Origin: an uncultured Collinsella sp.
GTDB taxonomy: Bacteria; Actinomycetota; Coriobacteriia; Coriobacteriales; Coriobacteriaceae
Length of the DNA: 64,000 bases
Assembly: GCA_900756765.1 (NCBI GenBank)
Contig: CAAELE010000029.1
Location: forward strand, 6,221-70,220
Reading direction: 5' to 3'
Part shown: positions 20,010-29,624 of the stretch, in pieces
How the letters are laid out: the number at the start of each line of letters is the position of its first letter
Numbering within the stretch: position 1 is the first letter of the stretch
Notes under the pieces: generated by a model
Told to the model about the DNA's origin: nothing
The model's input: only the letters and a program-made list of their open reading frames with translations
Databases searched by the model: none
Position numbers and translations under genes: made by a program

Positions 20010-21083
20010 ATGGTGGGGAGTGAGTCTGTGTACTGCGGCGAGCAAGGTCGGGGTGGCGGCGACAACGTGGAGGCGTTCCGGTTCTCGCCGGGGGATGCGC
20101 CCCTCGCTGTGCGTGATTGCTCGCGTCGGGTGTTTTGTGCCGGGATGTTGACCGGAGCGCTTGCCTCGGTGATGAGTCTCGGCGGCTGTGCCACGCGCCG
20201 CAACGAGGCTGGGGGCTCCGCTGTCTCTGTCAAACAAAAAGCGAATCATCCGTCCTCTCAAAAGACGGAAGCTGTCTCTCAGGCTTCTTGGATTGCCGGC
20301 CTTCAGCAAGATATCGAAGCCCTTGTCGAGCCGTATGGTGGGTCTACCTCGGTCTATGCTGTGGCGCTTGATCCTCAAACGTTCGCGTCGCTCGATGGTG
20401 AAGTCGCTGTGGCGCCGGATGCGCGACGTGTGACGGCAAGCATCATCAAGCTTCCCATTCTCGCTTGTGCGCTCGAGGCCGTGACGGCGGGAGAGCTGTC
20501 CCTCGACGAGCGGATAACGGTTACGCAACAGGATATCGTGGGTGGCAGCGGCAACATTCAGTCGCGCGGCGCGGGTGTGTCGTACAGTATTGACGAGCTG
20601 CTGCACGCCATGATCGCCCAGAGCGATAACGTGGCAGCGAACCTTGTTATCGGCAGGCTTGGCATGGATACGGTCAACGAAACGTGTGCCGCATTGGGGC
20701 TGACCCAGACCGTGCTCGCTCGTTTGATGATGGACGCCGAGGCCCAGGCACAAGGTCGCGAGAACTACACGAGCGCTCGTGATGCTGCGGCCGTGTTGCA
20801 GCGGCTGGCGGCGGAGACAATCGCGACGCCCGAGCTGTGCGAGCGAGCGCGCGGATATCTGCTGGCGCAGGAAGACGCGCGCGGTATTGTCGAGGGCGTT
20901 CCCGGCGGCGTTTTGGTCGCGCACAAAACGGGCAGCCTGGCGAATGCTCAGCACGATGCCGCAATCGTCTACGCCGAGCGCCCTTACGTGCTGGCAATCC
21001 TCACCCAAGACCTCGAGCGCGAACAGGCCCTAGCCCTCGAGCGCGACATTTCCTTCGCCATCAACGCCCGCGCCCACTCCTAA
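20010..21083 (+). CDS. Class A beta-lactamase-like serine hydrolase, probable Tat lipoprotein (start uncertain)
   Basis: SIIK, SDN, KTG motifs; SRRVF twin-Arg and LGGC lipobox-like. Confidence 0.82.
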   Translation: MVGSESVYCGEQGRGGGDNVEAFRFSPGDAPLAVRDCSRRVFCAGMLTGALASVMSLGGCATRRNEAGGSAVSVKQKANHPSSQKTEAVSQASWIAGLQQDIEALVEPYGGSTSVYAVALDPQTFASLDGEVAVAPDARRVTASIIKLPILACALEAVTAGELSLDERITVTQQDIVGGSGNIQSRGAGVSYSIDELLHAMIAQSDNVAANLVIGRLGMDTVNETCAALGLTQTVLARLMMDAEAQAQGRENYTSARDAAAVLQRLAAETIATPELCERARGYLLAQEDARGIVEGVPGGVLVAHKTGSLANAQHDAAIVYAERPYVLAILTQDLEREQALALERDISFAINARAHS

Positions 21084-21276
21084 CTTGCGGTGAAATAGGG
21101 ATTGTATTTGCTGCTAGAAGGCGTATTCAGTCCCTATTTCACCGCAACTTAGAGGGTCGGCAGTTAGGGACGTTCCTTTTCGGCCGGCAGTTTAGGAACG
21201 TCCCTAACTGTCGCCTAAGTAGTCATTGGGGACGTTCTTAAACGACTAGTCATTAAAGAACGTCCCCAATGACTAG
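21081..21276. repeat. REP-like cluster: 70-bp hairpin (copy 2) plus two GGGACGTTC-type hairpins
   Basis: 21081-21152; cagttagggacgttcc...ggaacgtccctaactg; tagtcattggggacgttc...gaacgtccccaatgacta. Confidence 0.8.
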
Positions 21277-21365
21277 GTCCGATTTGGGGTGCGCCGGACG
21301 CTGGGGTATCATGGCTTGGTTGCTATAACTTGCATTTTCGCGCCTTGTAGGAAGGGGCTGCGCCC

Positions 21366-22049
21366 ATGGCTTTTGAGCCCGCTCAACATAGCTTTATCAC
21401 GCTCGAGGGCGTCGACGGCGCCGGCAAGTCCACGCAGGCGCGCCTGCTTGCCCGCGCGCTCGAACTCGCTGGCCACCAGGTTGTGAGCCTGCGCGAGCCG
21501 GGCGGTACCGCCATCAGCGAAAAGATCCGTGCTCTGCTGCTCGACCCCGCCAATACAGCGATGGGCGACACCTGCGAGCTGCTGCTCTACGAGGCCGCGC
21601 GCGCTCAGTTGGTGCACGAGGTCATCGCGCCCGCCCTTGCTGCCGGCAAGGTAGTCCTGTGCGACCGCTTCTACGATTCCACGACCTGCTACCAGGCGTT
21701 TGCCGATGGTCTCGACCGTCAGATAGTGCGCGACGCCAACAACCTGGCTGTCGCCGGTACGCATCCGGCGCTCACGCTCGTCTATCACATCACGCCCGAG
21801 CAGGCGGCGCTGCGCATGGCGGCCCGCGGTGCGGCCGATCGCATGGAGGCCAAGGGCATGGCCTTCCAGGAGCGTGTCTACCAGGGCTTTTGCGCAATTG
21901 CTGCCGAGGAACCCGCCCGCGTAAAGCTCATCGACGCCACTGCGTCGATTGCAGACGTCTTCGCGCAGACGGCCGAGCAGGTTCGCGCCTACGGTCTCGA
22001 TATCCCGCAGGATGCCGTCGCCGCCGCGCTTGCCCAGGAGGCTGAGTAA
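21366..22049 (+). CDS. tmk: Thymidylate kinase
   Basis: FITLEGVDGAGKST, REPGGT, CDRF. Confidence 0.95.
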   Translation: MAFEPAQHSFITLEGVDGAGKSTQARLLARALELAGHQVVSLREPGGTAISEKIRALLLDPANTAMGDTCELLLYEAARAQLVHEVIAPALAAGKVVLCDRFYDSTTCYQAFADGLDRQIVRDANNLAVAGTHPALTLVYHITPEQAALRMAARGAADRMEAKGMAFQERVYQGFCAIAAEEPARVKLIDATASIADVFAQTAEQVRAYGLDIPQDAVAAALAQEAE

Positions 22050-22050
22050 C

Positions 22051-23178
22051 ATGGCCCCCGCTCCGGCAAGCCTGCTGGCCAAGCTCGACACCCAACAGCG
22101 CGTGCGCGACTTTTTGACCAATGCCGTCGCCAGCGGTCGCGCATCGCACGCCTACCTGTTCTTGGGCGCGCCCGGTGCCGGTAAGCTCGACGCCGCATGG
22201 GCGCTTGCCCAGGCATTCCTGTGCGAGCGGGACGGCTGTGGCTCGTGCGACAGCTGCGTGCGCGTCGCGCGCCATACGCATCCCGACGTGCACTATTACG
22301 CGCCCGAGAGTGCCACGGGTTATCTCATCGCCCAGACCCGCGAGCTGCTCGACGACGTGCCCTTGGCGCCCATCCGCGCCAAGGCAAAGGTCTACATCAT
22401 CGACCGTGCCGAGCAGCTGCGCGCCAACACCGCCAACGCACTGCTCAAAACACTCGAGGAACCGCCCGAGGGCGTCATGTTCATCCTGTTGGGCACCTCG
22501 GCCGACGTGATGCTGCCCACCATCGTGAGCCGTTGCCAGTGCGTGCCGTTTCGGCTGGTGTCGCCCACCGTGGCCGCGCAGGCCGTGAGCCGTGCCACCG
22601 GCCAGGACCCTGCGCGTTGTCGTATGGCCGTTGCCGTGGCGGGAAGCCCCACGCGTGGTATCGAGTTCCTCAAGAGCGCCGAGCGCCAGGACGCCCGCCG
22701 TCAGATGGTTCGCGCCATCGATTCACTCATCGCTGCCGATGAGGCCGATGTGCTCAGTCGCGCCAAGTCACTCATCGTCGCCGTCAAGGCGCCGCTCGCC
22801 GAGGTCAAGTCCACGCAGGAAAAGGTGCTCGAGCAAAACGCCGACTACCTGTCGCGTGGAGCATTGAAGCAGCTTGAGGACCGCAACAAGCGCGAACTCA
22901 ACGCGCGCGAGCGTTCGGGTATCATGGAAGCGCTGGCGAGCGCGCGGACGCTCATGCGCGACGTGCTGCTGACACTTCAGGACGAGGCGGCAGACGTGGT
23001 GAACGAGGACATGCGCGACACGATCGGTCGGCTTGCCGCGGCGACGAATGTTGCGGGTGCCACCCAGGCGCTCGAGGCGGTTGCCACCGCTGAGCGCAAC
23101 ATCGCCAGAAACGTTACTCCCCAGCTGGCCATCGAGGTCATGCTGTTCGATATCAGGAAGGCACTGAAATGCCGTTAG
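22051..23178 (+). CDS. holB: DNA polymerase III delta' subunit
   Basis: HAYLF, Cys cluster, HPD, ANALLKTLEEPP, TIVSRC. Confidence 0.92.
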   Translation: MAPAPASLLAKLDTQQRVRDFLTNAVASGRASHAYLFLGAPGAGKLDAAWALAQAFLCERDGCGSCDSCVRVARHTHPDVHYYAPESATGYLIAQTRELLDDVPLAPIRAKAKVYIIDRAEQLRANTANALLKTLEEPPEGVMFILLGTSADVMLPTIVSRCQCVPFRLVSPTVAAQAVSRATGQDPARCRMAVAVAGSPTRGIEFLKSAERQDARRQMVRAIDSLIAADEADVLSRAKSLIVAVKAPLAEVKSTQEKVLEQNADYLSRGALKQLEDRNKRELNARERSGIMEALASARTLMRDVLLTLQDEAADVVNEDMRDTIGRLAAATNVAGATQALEAVATAERNIARNVTPQLAIEVMLFDIRKALKCR

Positions 23179-24869
23179 TCGTACCCGTTAAGTTTACCTA
23201 CGCCTCGCGCGACCTGTGGTTCGACCCACAGGATCTGGATATCCTCGAGGCCGATTATGCCATTTGTTCTACCGAGCGCGGAACCGAGATCGGCCTGGTC
23301 ACGGCCGATCCCTTCGAGGTGCCGCAAGACGAGATCGGTCAGCCGCTCAAGCCCGTGCTGCGCGTGGCGAGCGACATCGACCTGCAGCTTGCCGACGACC
23401 TGGCTATCCAGGGTGACGAGGCCATGGTCGACTTCCGCCGCCTGGTCAAGGAGCTCGACCTCGAGATGAAGCCGGTCGGCGTCGAGTACCTGTTTGGCGG
23501 CGAGAAGGCCGTGTTCTACTTTGCTGCCGAGGAACGCGTCGATTTCCGTCAGCTCGTCAAGGACCTGTCCTCGACGCTGCACATTCGCGTCGACATGCGC
23601 CAGATTGGCGTGCGTGACGAGACCCGCCTGGTGGGCGGCTATGCCCAGTGCGGCCAGGAGCTCTGCTGCACACGCTTTGGCGGACAGTTTGAGCCGGTTT
23701 CGATCCGCATGGCAAAAGAGCAGGACCTGCCGCTTAACTCGTCCAAGATCAGCGGCGTCTGCGGTCGCCTGATGTGCTGCCTGCGCTACGAGTTCGAGGC
23801 GTACAAGGACTTTAAGAGCCGCGCGCCCAAAAAGAAGACGCTGATCGATACGCCGCTTGGCAAGGCGCGCATCCAGGAATATGACACCCCGCGTGAGCAG
23901 CTGGTGTTGCGCCTGGAGAACGGCAAAGTCTTTAAGGTCAACCTGGCCGACATGACCTGCTCTGAGGGCTGCAAAAAGAAGGCCGCCGAGCAGGGCTGCA
24001 ACTGCCGCCCCGACTGCGTGACACGCGATGTGCTCGAGCGCATCGAGTCGCCCGAGATGCGCCTGGCGCTCATGGAGCTCGACCGCGAGAACGGCGTCGA
24101 TGTGGGCGATGGCCTGTCGAGCGCCGACCGTCTGGCCGGCACGTCGACGCCCAAGCGCCGTCGTCGCGATGCAGACTCCGATACCCGTGCCGGTCAGAGC
24201 CAGGGCGAGGGTCGCGGCCGCGGTAAGGGCCGCGGCAAGGCCGAGGCACCCGAGGCTGAGGAGGCTGCCGGTGGACGTCGCCGCCGCAAGCGCTCGGGTG
24301 CGGGCGATGCCGGCGAGGCCGCTCCCGCAGGCAAGAACTCCTCCCGCGAGCGCGAGGCTCAGCAGCCTCAGCAGCAAAGCCGCGGCGGTGGTATGAATCC
24401 CACGCGCCGTCGCCGCCGCCATTTGTCGAGCGAGGAGCGCGAGGACGCCTTCCGCGCCGCAGCCGCTCGCGAAGCCGGTGCCGCCCCCAAGGGTGGTTCG
24501 GGTTCCGATACGCCTGCCGACAAGGGTGGCAAGCAGCGCAACGATGACGAGCGCGCCCCGCGTCCGCGTCGCCGCCATTCCTCGGGCACGCAGCAAAAGC
24601 CCTCGGTGCCCTCCGTGGCCGATCAGGTCTTGGATGGCGAGGTCAAGGTCACACGTCGGCGCCCTGGAGATGGCGGAGGGGCGGCTGCCAAGGCCGCGCG
24701 CGGCGCTGCTCGCGACGAACGCGAGTCGCGCGAAGATCGTGGTGGCGAGGGTTCGGCCGACCAGGGCCAGAAGCGCCGTCGCCGTCGTCGTTCCCGCAAG
24801 CCGCGTCAAGATGGTGGCGAGGGTTCGACCCCGTCTTCGTCTGCACCACAACCGCCTACCGGCGAATAA
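23169..24869 (+). CDS. PSP1/RicT (YaaT) family protein with long Arg-rich disordered tail
   Basis: RVDFRQLV, RQIGVRD, CGQELCC, CGRLMCCLRYE; follows holB. Confidence 0.88.
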   Translation: MPLVVPVKFTYASRDLWFDPQDLDILEADYAICSTERGTEIGLVTADPFEVPQDEIGQPLKPVLRVASDIDLQLADDLAIQGDEAMVDFRRLVKELDLEMKPVGVEYLFGGEKAVFYFAAEERVDFRQLVKDLSSTLHIRVDMRQIGVRDETRLVGGYAQCGQELCCTRFGGQFEPVSIRMAKEQDLPLNSSKISGVCGRLMCCLRYEFEAYKDFKSRAPKKKTLIDTPLGKARIQEYDTPREQLVLRLENGKVFKVNLADMTCSEGCKKKAAEQGCNCRPDCVTRDVLERIESPEMRLALMELDRENGVDVGDGLSSADRLAGTSTPKRRRRDADSDTRAGQSQGEGRGRGKGRGKAEAPEAEEAAGGRRRRKRSGAGDAGEAAPAGKNSSREREAQQPQQQSRGGGMNPTRRRRRHLSSEEREDAFRAAAAREAGAAPKGGSGSDTPADKGGKQRNDDERAPRPRRRHSSGTQQKPSVPSVADQVLDGEVKVTRRRPGDGGGAAAKAARGAARDERESREDRGGEGSADQGQKRRRRRRSRKPRQDGGEGSTPSSSAPQPPTGE

Positions 24870-24971
24870 CGCCCGCGAGCGGATTTAACCTGCCTGACCC
24901 CAAACGCGTCGGGGTACCATAACGCTGAATCAACAACCCTCCCTGCGACCGAACGTAGGGAGGGTTGTGTC

Positions 24972-25778
24972 GTGAAGAGACATTTGAATGTGTTGGGATG
25001 CCTGCAAGGTGCCGGCATCCTGCCGTTTGCGGACGAATTGCTACCGTTTGCCGAGCTGGCGGTGCACGAGGCGCTTGAGGCGTTGTCGCCTACGCGATGC
25101 GCCGGCTGCGAGCGCTCCGGCGCGCTTATTTGCCAAGATTGCTTGGCGGCGCTTGCACTCATCGACCCGCGGCATAGCTGCACTCGATGCGGCGCCCCGT
25201 TTGGAGATTTGCTGTGCACCGAGTGCTCGGTCGAGGGTACGTCTTCGGCGATGGCCGAAGCGCTCGACCGGTGCCTGGCATGTGCCGTTTACACGCATCC
25301 GCTGCCGCGGATCATTAAAGCGTACAAAGACGCGGGCGAGCGACGCCTGGCGCCGTATCTGGCAGAGCTGCTCTACGACACCGCCCTGCATGCCCAGGTC
25401 GCGGCACCCGAGCGCTACGGCGGTGTGTTGTCCGGCGCCGATGCCGTGGTGTTTGTGCCCGCGACGGCGGCGGCGTTTCGGCGACGCGGCTTCGATCACA
25501 TGGAAGCCATCGCGCGCTCGTTTTGCGATCTTTCGGGTGTTCCGCTGCTCGACGCCCTGGTCAAATACGGCCACGGTGACCAGCGCGAGCTCGGTCGCGT
25601 CGAGCGCCGGGAACGTGCCCGGGGCATGTACGAGACCGTTGAGGACGTGCGGGGCCGCCGCCTGCTGCTCATCGACGATGTCATTACCACGGGTGCGACC
25701 ATGGCAGCAGCTTCGGCGGAACTCAAGCGCGCCGGTGCCGCGACCGTTGATGGCCTCGCTCTCGCACGCGTTTGGTAG
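24972..25778 (+). CDS. ComF-family amidophosphoribosyltransferase-like protein
   Basis: Cys motifs, RRRGFD, LLIDDVITTGAT. Confidence 0.88.
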   Translation: MKRHLNVLGCLQGAGILPFADELLPFAELAVHEALEALSPTRCAGCERSGALICQDCLAALALIDPRHSCTRCGAPFGDLLCTECSVEGTSSAMAEALDRCLACAVYTHPLPRIIKAYKDAGERRLAPYLAELLYDTALHAQVAAPERYGGVLSGADAVVFVPATAAAFRRRGFDHMEAIARSFCDLSGVPLLDALVKYGHGDQRELGRVERRERARGMYETVEDVRGRRLLLIDDVITTGATMAAASAELKRAGAATVDGLALARVW

Positions 25779-25789
25779 GGGTGATTCAT

Positions 25790-26899
25790 GTGGCGGTAAC
25801 AATCAGGCAGTGCAACAAACCGACAAAAGAGCAGCTAGCGGCTTCCGTGATCCTGACGGGCGCCTCGGCGTTGCGCATGATTCGAGCCGAGCGCCGACAA
25901 ATGGGTTACATCAGCTGGAGGGACCTCGATCCCGATGAAGAGCGCCGTGTGCTGTGCACGTCGTCGCCCTCGACCGAGGACATCTATCTTCCCGACTTGG
26001 TGCGGATTGGGGCCGCAAGCGGCGAGGTGCAAGAAGATCTTTGCTTGCTGGTGGGATCTGCGGCGCAGCGCCGCCGCATGCCTGGCGTGGGCTGGTCCGT
26101 ATGCTCTGGGTTGCCCGCCGGCTCGATTCTAGAGGTGGAACCGGGGGTGTACAGTCTATCTCCCGAGGCCCTTTGTGTTGCCGTCGCCCGCGAGGTCGGC
26201 TGTATCCAGGCGTTTGCCCTGGCCCAGGAACTGTGTTCCAAGATTTCACTGAGCGATCGCGGACGGTATCTGCCTCCCTACAGCTCACCCACCGTGAACA
26301 GGCTTGTAAAGGACAAGGACCAACCGGCAGATGTGGGCTACTTTGAAGTCGAGCCGGTGCTGACACCCGATCGCCTGGCAGATTACCTTGCGGCATGCAG
26401 GGGGAATGTGGCCAAACAGCTGCTGCGCCTGTGTCCCTACCTGTCGGAAAACCTGCGCTCGCCCATGGAATGCATCATGCTCGCTCTGTTTTCGCTTCCG
26501 TTTTCCTATGGTGGATTTGCCTGCGGTCCCTTTAAGACCGACTACAAGATCGAGTTCGATGACCGTGCGCAGGCAATCTCGGGGATGCCGCATGCAGTTT
26601 GCGATGCGTATCAGGAAGCAGCCCGGTTTGACCTGGAATACAACGGCGAGCTGGGCCATTCCTCCCGGAGGGGACGTATCCATGATGAAAAACGCAATAC
26701 GGGCTTGATTACTATGGGAATTGAGGTCGCGACGGTCAACAACGAGATGCTCTGCGACATGGAAGCGATGGAAGCGCTCGCATGGCGCATGCACCAGCGT
26801 ATGCGAAAGCGGTACCGGAATCGTGTCGATTCCCGCAGGAAGAAGCAAGAGGCGTTGCTTAACACGCTGCGGGCGTGTTTTGGGCTTAAGCCGGTCTAA
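25790..26899 (+). CDS. Hypothetical protein, possibly AbiEi-like N-terminus with DUF559/Vsr-like nuclease C-terminus
   Basis: RSPME, CDAY...DLEYNG..H...D..R..L...G motifs resemble this family from memory; start uncertain. Confidence 0.55.
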   Translation: MAVTIRQCNKPTKEQLAASVILTGASALRMIRAERRQMGYISWRDLDPDEERRVLCTSSPSTEDIYLPDLVRIGAASGEVQEDLCLLVGSAAQRRRMPGVGWSVCSGLPAGSILEVEPGVYSLSPEALCVAVAREVGCIQAFALAQELCSKISLSDRGRYLPPYSSPTVNRLVKDKDQPADVGYFEVEPVLTPDRLADYLAACRGNVAKQLLRLCPYLSENLRSPMECIMLALFSLPFSYGGFACGPFKTDYKIEFDDRAQAISGMPHAVCDAYQEAARFDLEYNGELGHSSRRGRIHDEKRNTGLITMGIEVATVNNEMLCDMEAMEALAWRMHQRMRKRYRNRVDSRRKKQEALLNTLRACFGLKPV

Positions 26900-26933
26900 T
26901 TCGCGACGAAAATAGGGGGTTAATCATATACCC

Positions 26934-27150
26934 TGGCCAAAAAATGGCAAATATGAGTACTGTCACTAAATCAGTAACAGCAAAATCAGGGAATTTAAGA
27001 CTCGGAGGTGGCGTAAAGTAAGAAGATAATAAACAAATGTAGAATAACTAAGCATCAGATTGGCGACACTAAGCGCAAAATCTGTCCGAGAGGCCAAAAT
27101 TGCCTGTTACAAAATTGGTAACAGTACTCATATTTGCCATTTTTTGGCCA
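26934..27150. repeat. MITE-like element with ~30-45-bp terminal inverted repeats (copy B)
   Basis: tggccaaaaaatggcaaatatgagtactgt at the left end, its exact complement at the right end; AT-rich interior. Confidence 0.75.
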
Positions 27151-27631
27151 CGGCACCCTGAGGCGGGTGCCCCGGAGCTCCCCGTAGGGGAGCTCCGGGC
27201 TTCATGGGGGTACGAATGGTCCGCTCCGACCTGCAAAATCTGTGCTCACGGTGCGAAAGACGCCCCTAACCTTAAACTTTAGCTTGAACTTAGCTATAAT
27301 GCGCTACGTTCCTGCCAGGCTGTGGTTGCGGACGGACGAAATGTCCATCCTAGTCCAAGACAGACGCGGTCAAAGGGATCCACGTAAGCGACCGCGTGCG
27401 CGCGGCGCGATCATGGCGCGTCCTAGATGTAAGCCGCACCGTCCGTTCTACTTTCTTTGGGGCAATACCGCCTCGCGGGCGAGCGGGCCAGTCGTGAAGG
27501 CGGCTACGGCCTCCCGAGCAAACACCCCGGTGCGCAAGTGTGGGGTCAAATACCAGGTCAGCTGGTGGGAACAACCCGTTATTCCGCGCAACGCACGGAT
27601 TGTATACGACACAGAAGGCAGGGTAGTGGAC

Positions 27632-28642
27632 ATGGTGAGGGGCAGCTTGATGCACGCGGCTCGGTTAGGTGCTGGGACCGCGGCGGTCATTGCCGTACTG
27701 GGCTTGAGCGGATGCGCGTTCAATCCACTGTCCACGTTCACGACACCCACGATTGACCAGATCGAGCGCGAGACCGTTACCCCTACGGTGTCGGACGATG
27801 CCCTGGTCACTCCCGGTACCCTGACGGTTGCCCTCGATACCTCCGATGCTCCGCAGGCCATGCAGGGCGCCGATGGTAACCTCACGGGCTACGCAGTCGA
27901 CGCTGCCCGCGCCCTTGCAAGCCGTATGGGCCTTAAGGTTGCCTTCGTCGATGCGTCTTCTGCCGATTCCGCGCTTGGCGACAAAAAGGCCGACATCTTC
28001 ATCGGCGACATCAATTCCGCGGATGGTGACATCAGCGCGCTTGGTACTTGCCTGTACGACGCTGCGGCAGTGTTCGGAAAGACGAGCGACGGCGAGTCTC
28101 TGAGCGTTTCCACCGAAACGCTTAACACCGCTACCCTGGGCGTTCAGACCTCCTCGGCCTCGCAGGAAGCGCTCGCCAAGCAGAGCATCACGGCCAACCA
28201 AAAGACCTTCTCCAACATCAACGAGTGCTTTGAGGCACTCGAGTCCGGCGAGGTCGACTACGTGATTTGCGACTCCACGGCCGGCGGCTACCTTGCGCGC
28301 CTGATGAGCCAGGTCTCTTACGTCGGCACGCTCGAGACGCCCTCGACGCTCGGCGTCGCGGGCCTCGCGGCCAACGACGAGCTATGCCGTGCCGTGAGCG
28401 ATGCCCTCGACGGTATCACGGTCGATGGCACGCTCGAGGCGGTCCACTCCGTCTGGTACGGCACGATGCCCTATGACCTCACCACCAAGACGGTCTCGGG
28501 CGCCGACGTGCAGTCGACCGACACCGGATCCGGCGAGTCCGCATCCTCCGATTCGAGCAGCGAGGGTGCATCCTTCGAGGATAAATCGTCCAGCCAGGAG
28601 GGTACTATCACCGACGACGACATTAACAAGCTCAATAGCTAG
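27632..28642 (+). CDS. Amino-acid ABC-type substrate-binding lipoprotein (SBP family 3-like)
   Basis: LSGC lipobox, GTLTVA, ALESGEVDYVI; start inferred. Confidence 0.75.
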   Translation: MVRGSLMHAARLGAGTAAVIAVLGLSGCAFNPLSTFTTPTIDQIERETVTPTVSDDALVTPGTLTVALDTSDAPQAMQGADGNLTGYAVDAARALASRMGLKVAFVDASSADSALGDKKADIFIGDINSADGDISALGTCLYDAAAVFGKTSDGESLSVSTETLNTATLGVQTSSASQEALAKQSITANQKTFSNINECFEALESGEVDYVICDSTAGGYLARLMSQVSYVGTLETPSTLGVAGLAANDELCRAVSDALDGITVDGTLEAVHSVWYGTMPYDLTTKTVSGADVQSTDTGSGESASSDSSSEGASFEDKSSSQEGTITDDDINKLNS

Positions 28643-28959
28643 TTATTGCTAGGGGTGGCGTCTCCTATACGCTAGGAGAGACGCCTCTTCACGGTTTCAA
28701 CACGCATTGCCGGGCTTTCCCAACAGGGGAGCCCGGCTTTTTCGTTTCCATAAAACCAGCAGGTCAAAGACGTTTTTTAGGTGCAAAACTTAAGTCGCCG
28801 TCGCCCTCCCATAGCGCACTTTGCCATAGAAAAGTGCGAGACTTCGGTATGCGGTATCAAGCAATCGTTATTCGGGTCTTTGGGAATCAGCGTGATTAAA
28901 TGCACGGCAATGGGTACATAGCCAGTACAGTAAGTCCCCGAGGCAGATTGGAGCCACGT

Positions 28960-29544
28960 ATGGATATCAAGGTTTCTGGACGCAAGACGACGGTAACCGA
29001 TGCTCTGCGTGCGCATGTGGATGAGAAGATCGGCGAGGCGCTCAAGGTTTTCGATATCGAGCCCATGACGGTCGACGTTGTACTTCGCTATGAGAAGAAC
29101 CCCTCGAACCCCAACCCGGCAATCGTCGAGGTTACGGTTCGTGCCCGCGGTTCGGTGATCCGCGTTGCCGAGCACGGTGCAGATATGTACGCCGCCATCG
29201 ACCTCTCCGCCGATAAGGTCACCCGCCAGCTGCGCAAGTTCAAGACCAAGGTCGTGGACAACCGCCAGGGCGGTGCCAGCGCAGCGGATGTCGCACCGGT
29301 CGAGCGCGTCGAGGATCTGGCCGACCTGCTGCTGCCCGAGGAGGAGGACGACCTGCTCGTCCGCGAGAAGGTCATCGATGTCACCCCGATGACTGAGGAG
29401 CAGGCGCTGGTGCAGACCGATCTGCTGGGCCACGACTTCTACGTGTTCGAGAACGCGACGACTGGCCTCATCAATGTGGTGTATCACCGTAAGAATGGTG
29501 GATATGGCATCATCAAGCCCCGTATCGAAACACTTGACGAGTAA
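28960..29544 (+). CDS. hpf: Ribosome hibernation factor (long HPF)
   Basis: DMYAAIDL...RQLRKFK, LLGHDFYVF, VVYHRKNGGYG. Confidence 0.93.
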   Translation: MDIKVSGRKTTVTDALRAHVDEKIGEALKVFDIEPMTVDVVLRYEKNPSNPNPAIVEVTVRARGSVIRVAEHGADMYAAIDLSADKVTRQLRKFKTKVVDNRQGGASAADVAPVERVEDLADLLLPEEEDDLLVREKVIDVTPMTEEQALVQTDLLGHDFYVFENATTGLINVVYHRKNGGYGIIKPRIETLDE

Positions 29545-29624
29545 AATACGTTAACTTGCATGAGTTAACGGCTGGCGGCCATCCCATGCGGGTGGTCGCC
29601 TTTTTTACGTAAGGAGTCGCTTTG

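Noticed and set aside
20010..21083. Antibiotic-resistance beta-lactamase
   Set aside because: The motifs fit the broad class A-like serine hydrolase family and I cannot identify the omega-loop ExxLN motif, so resistance is unsupported.
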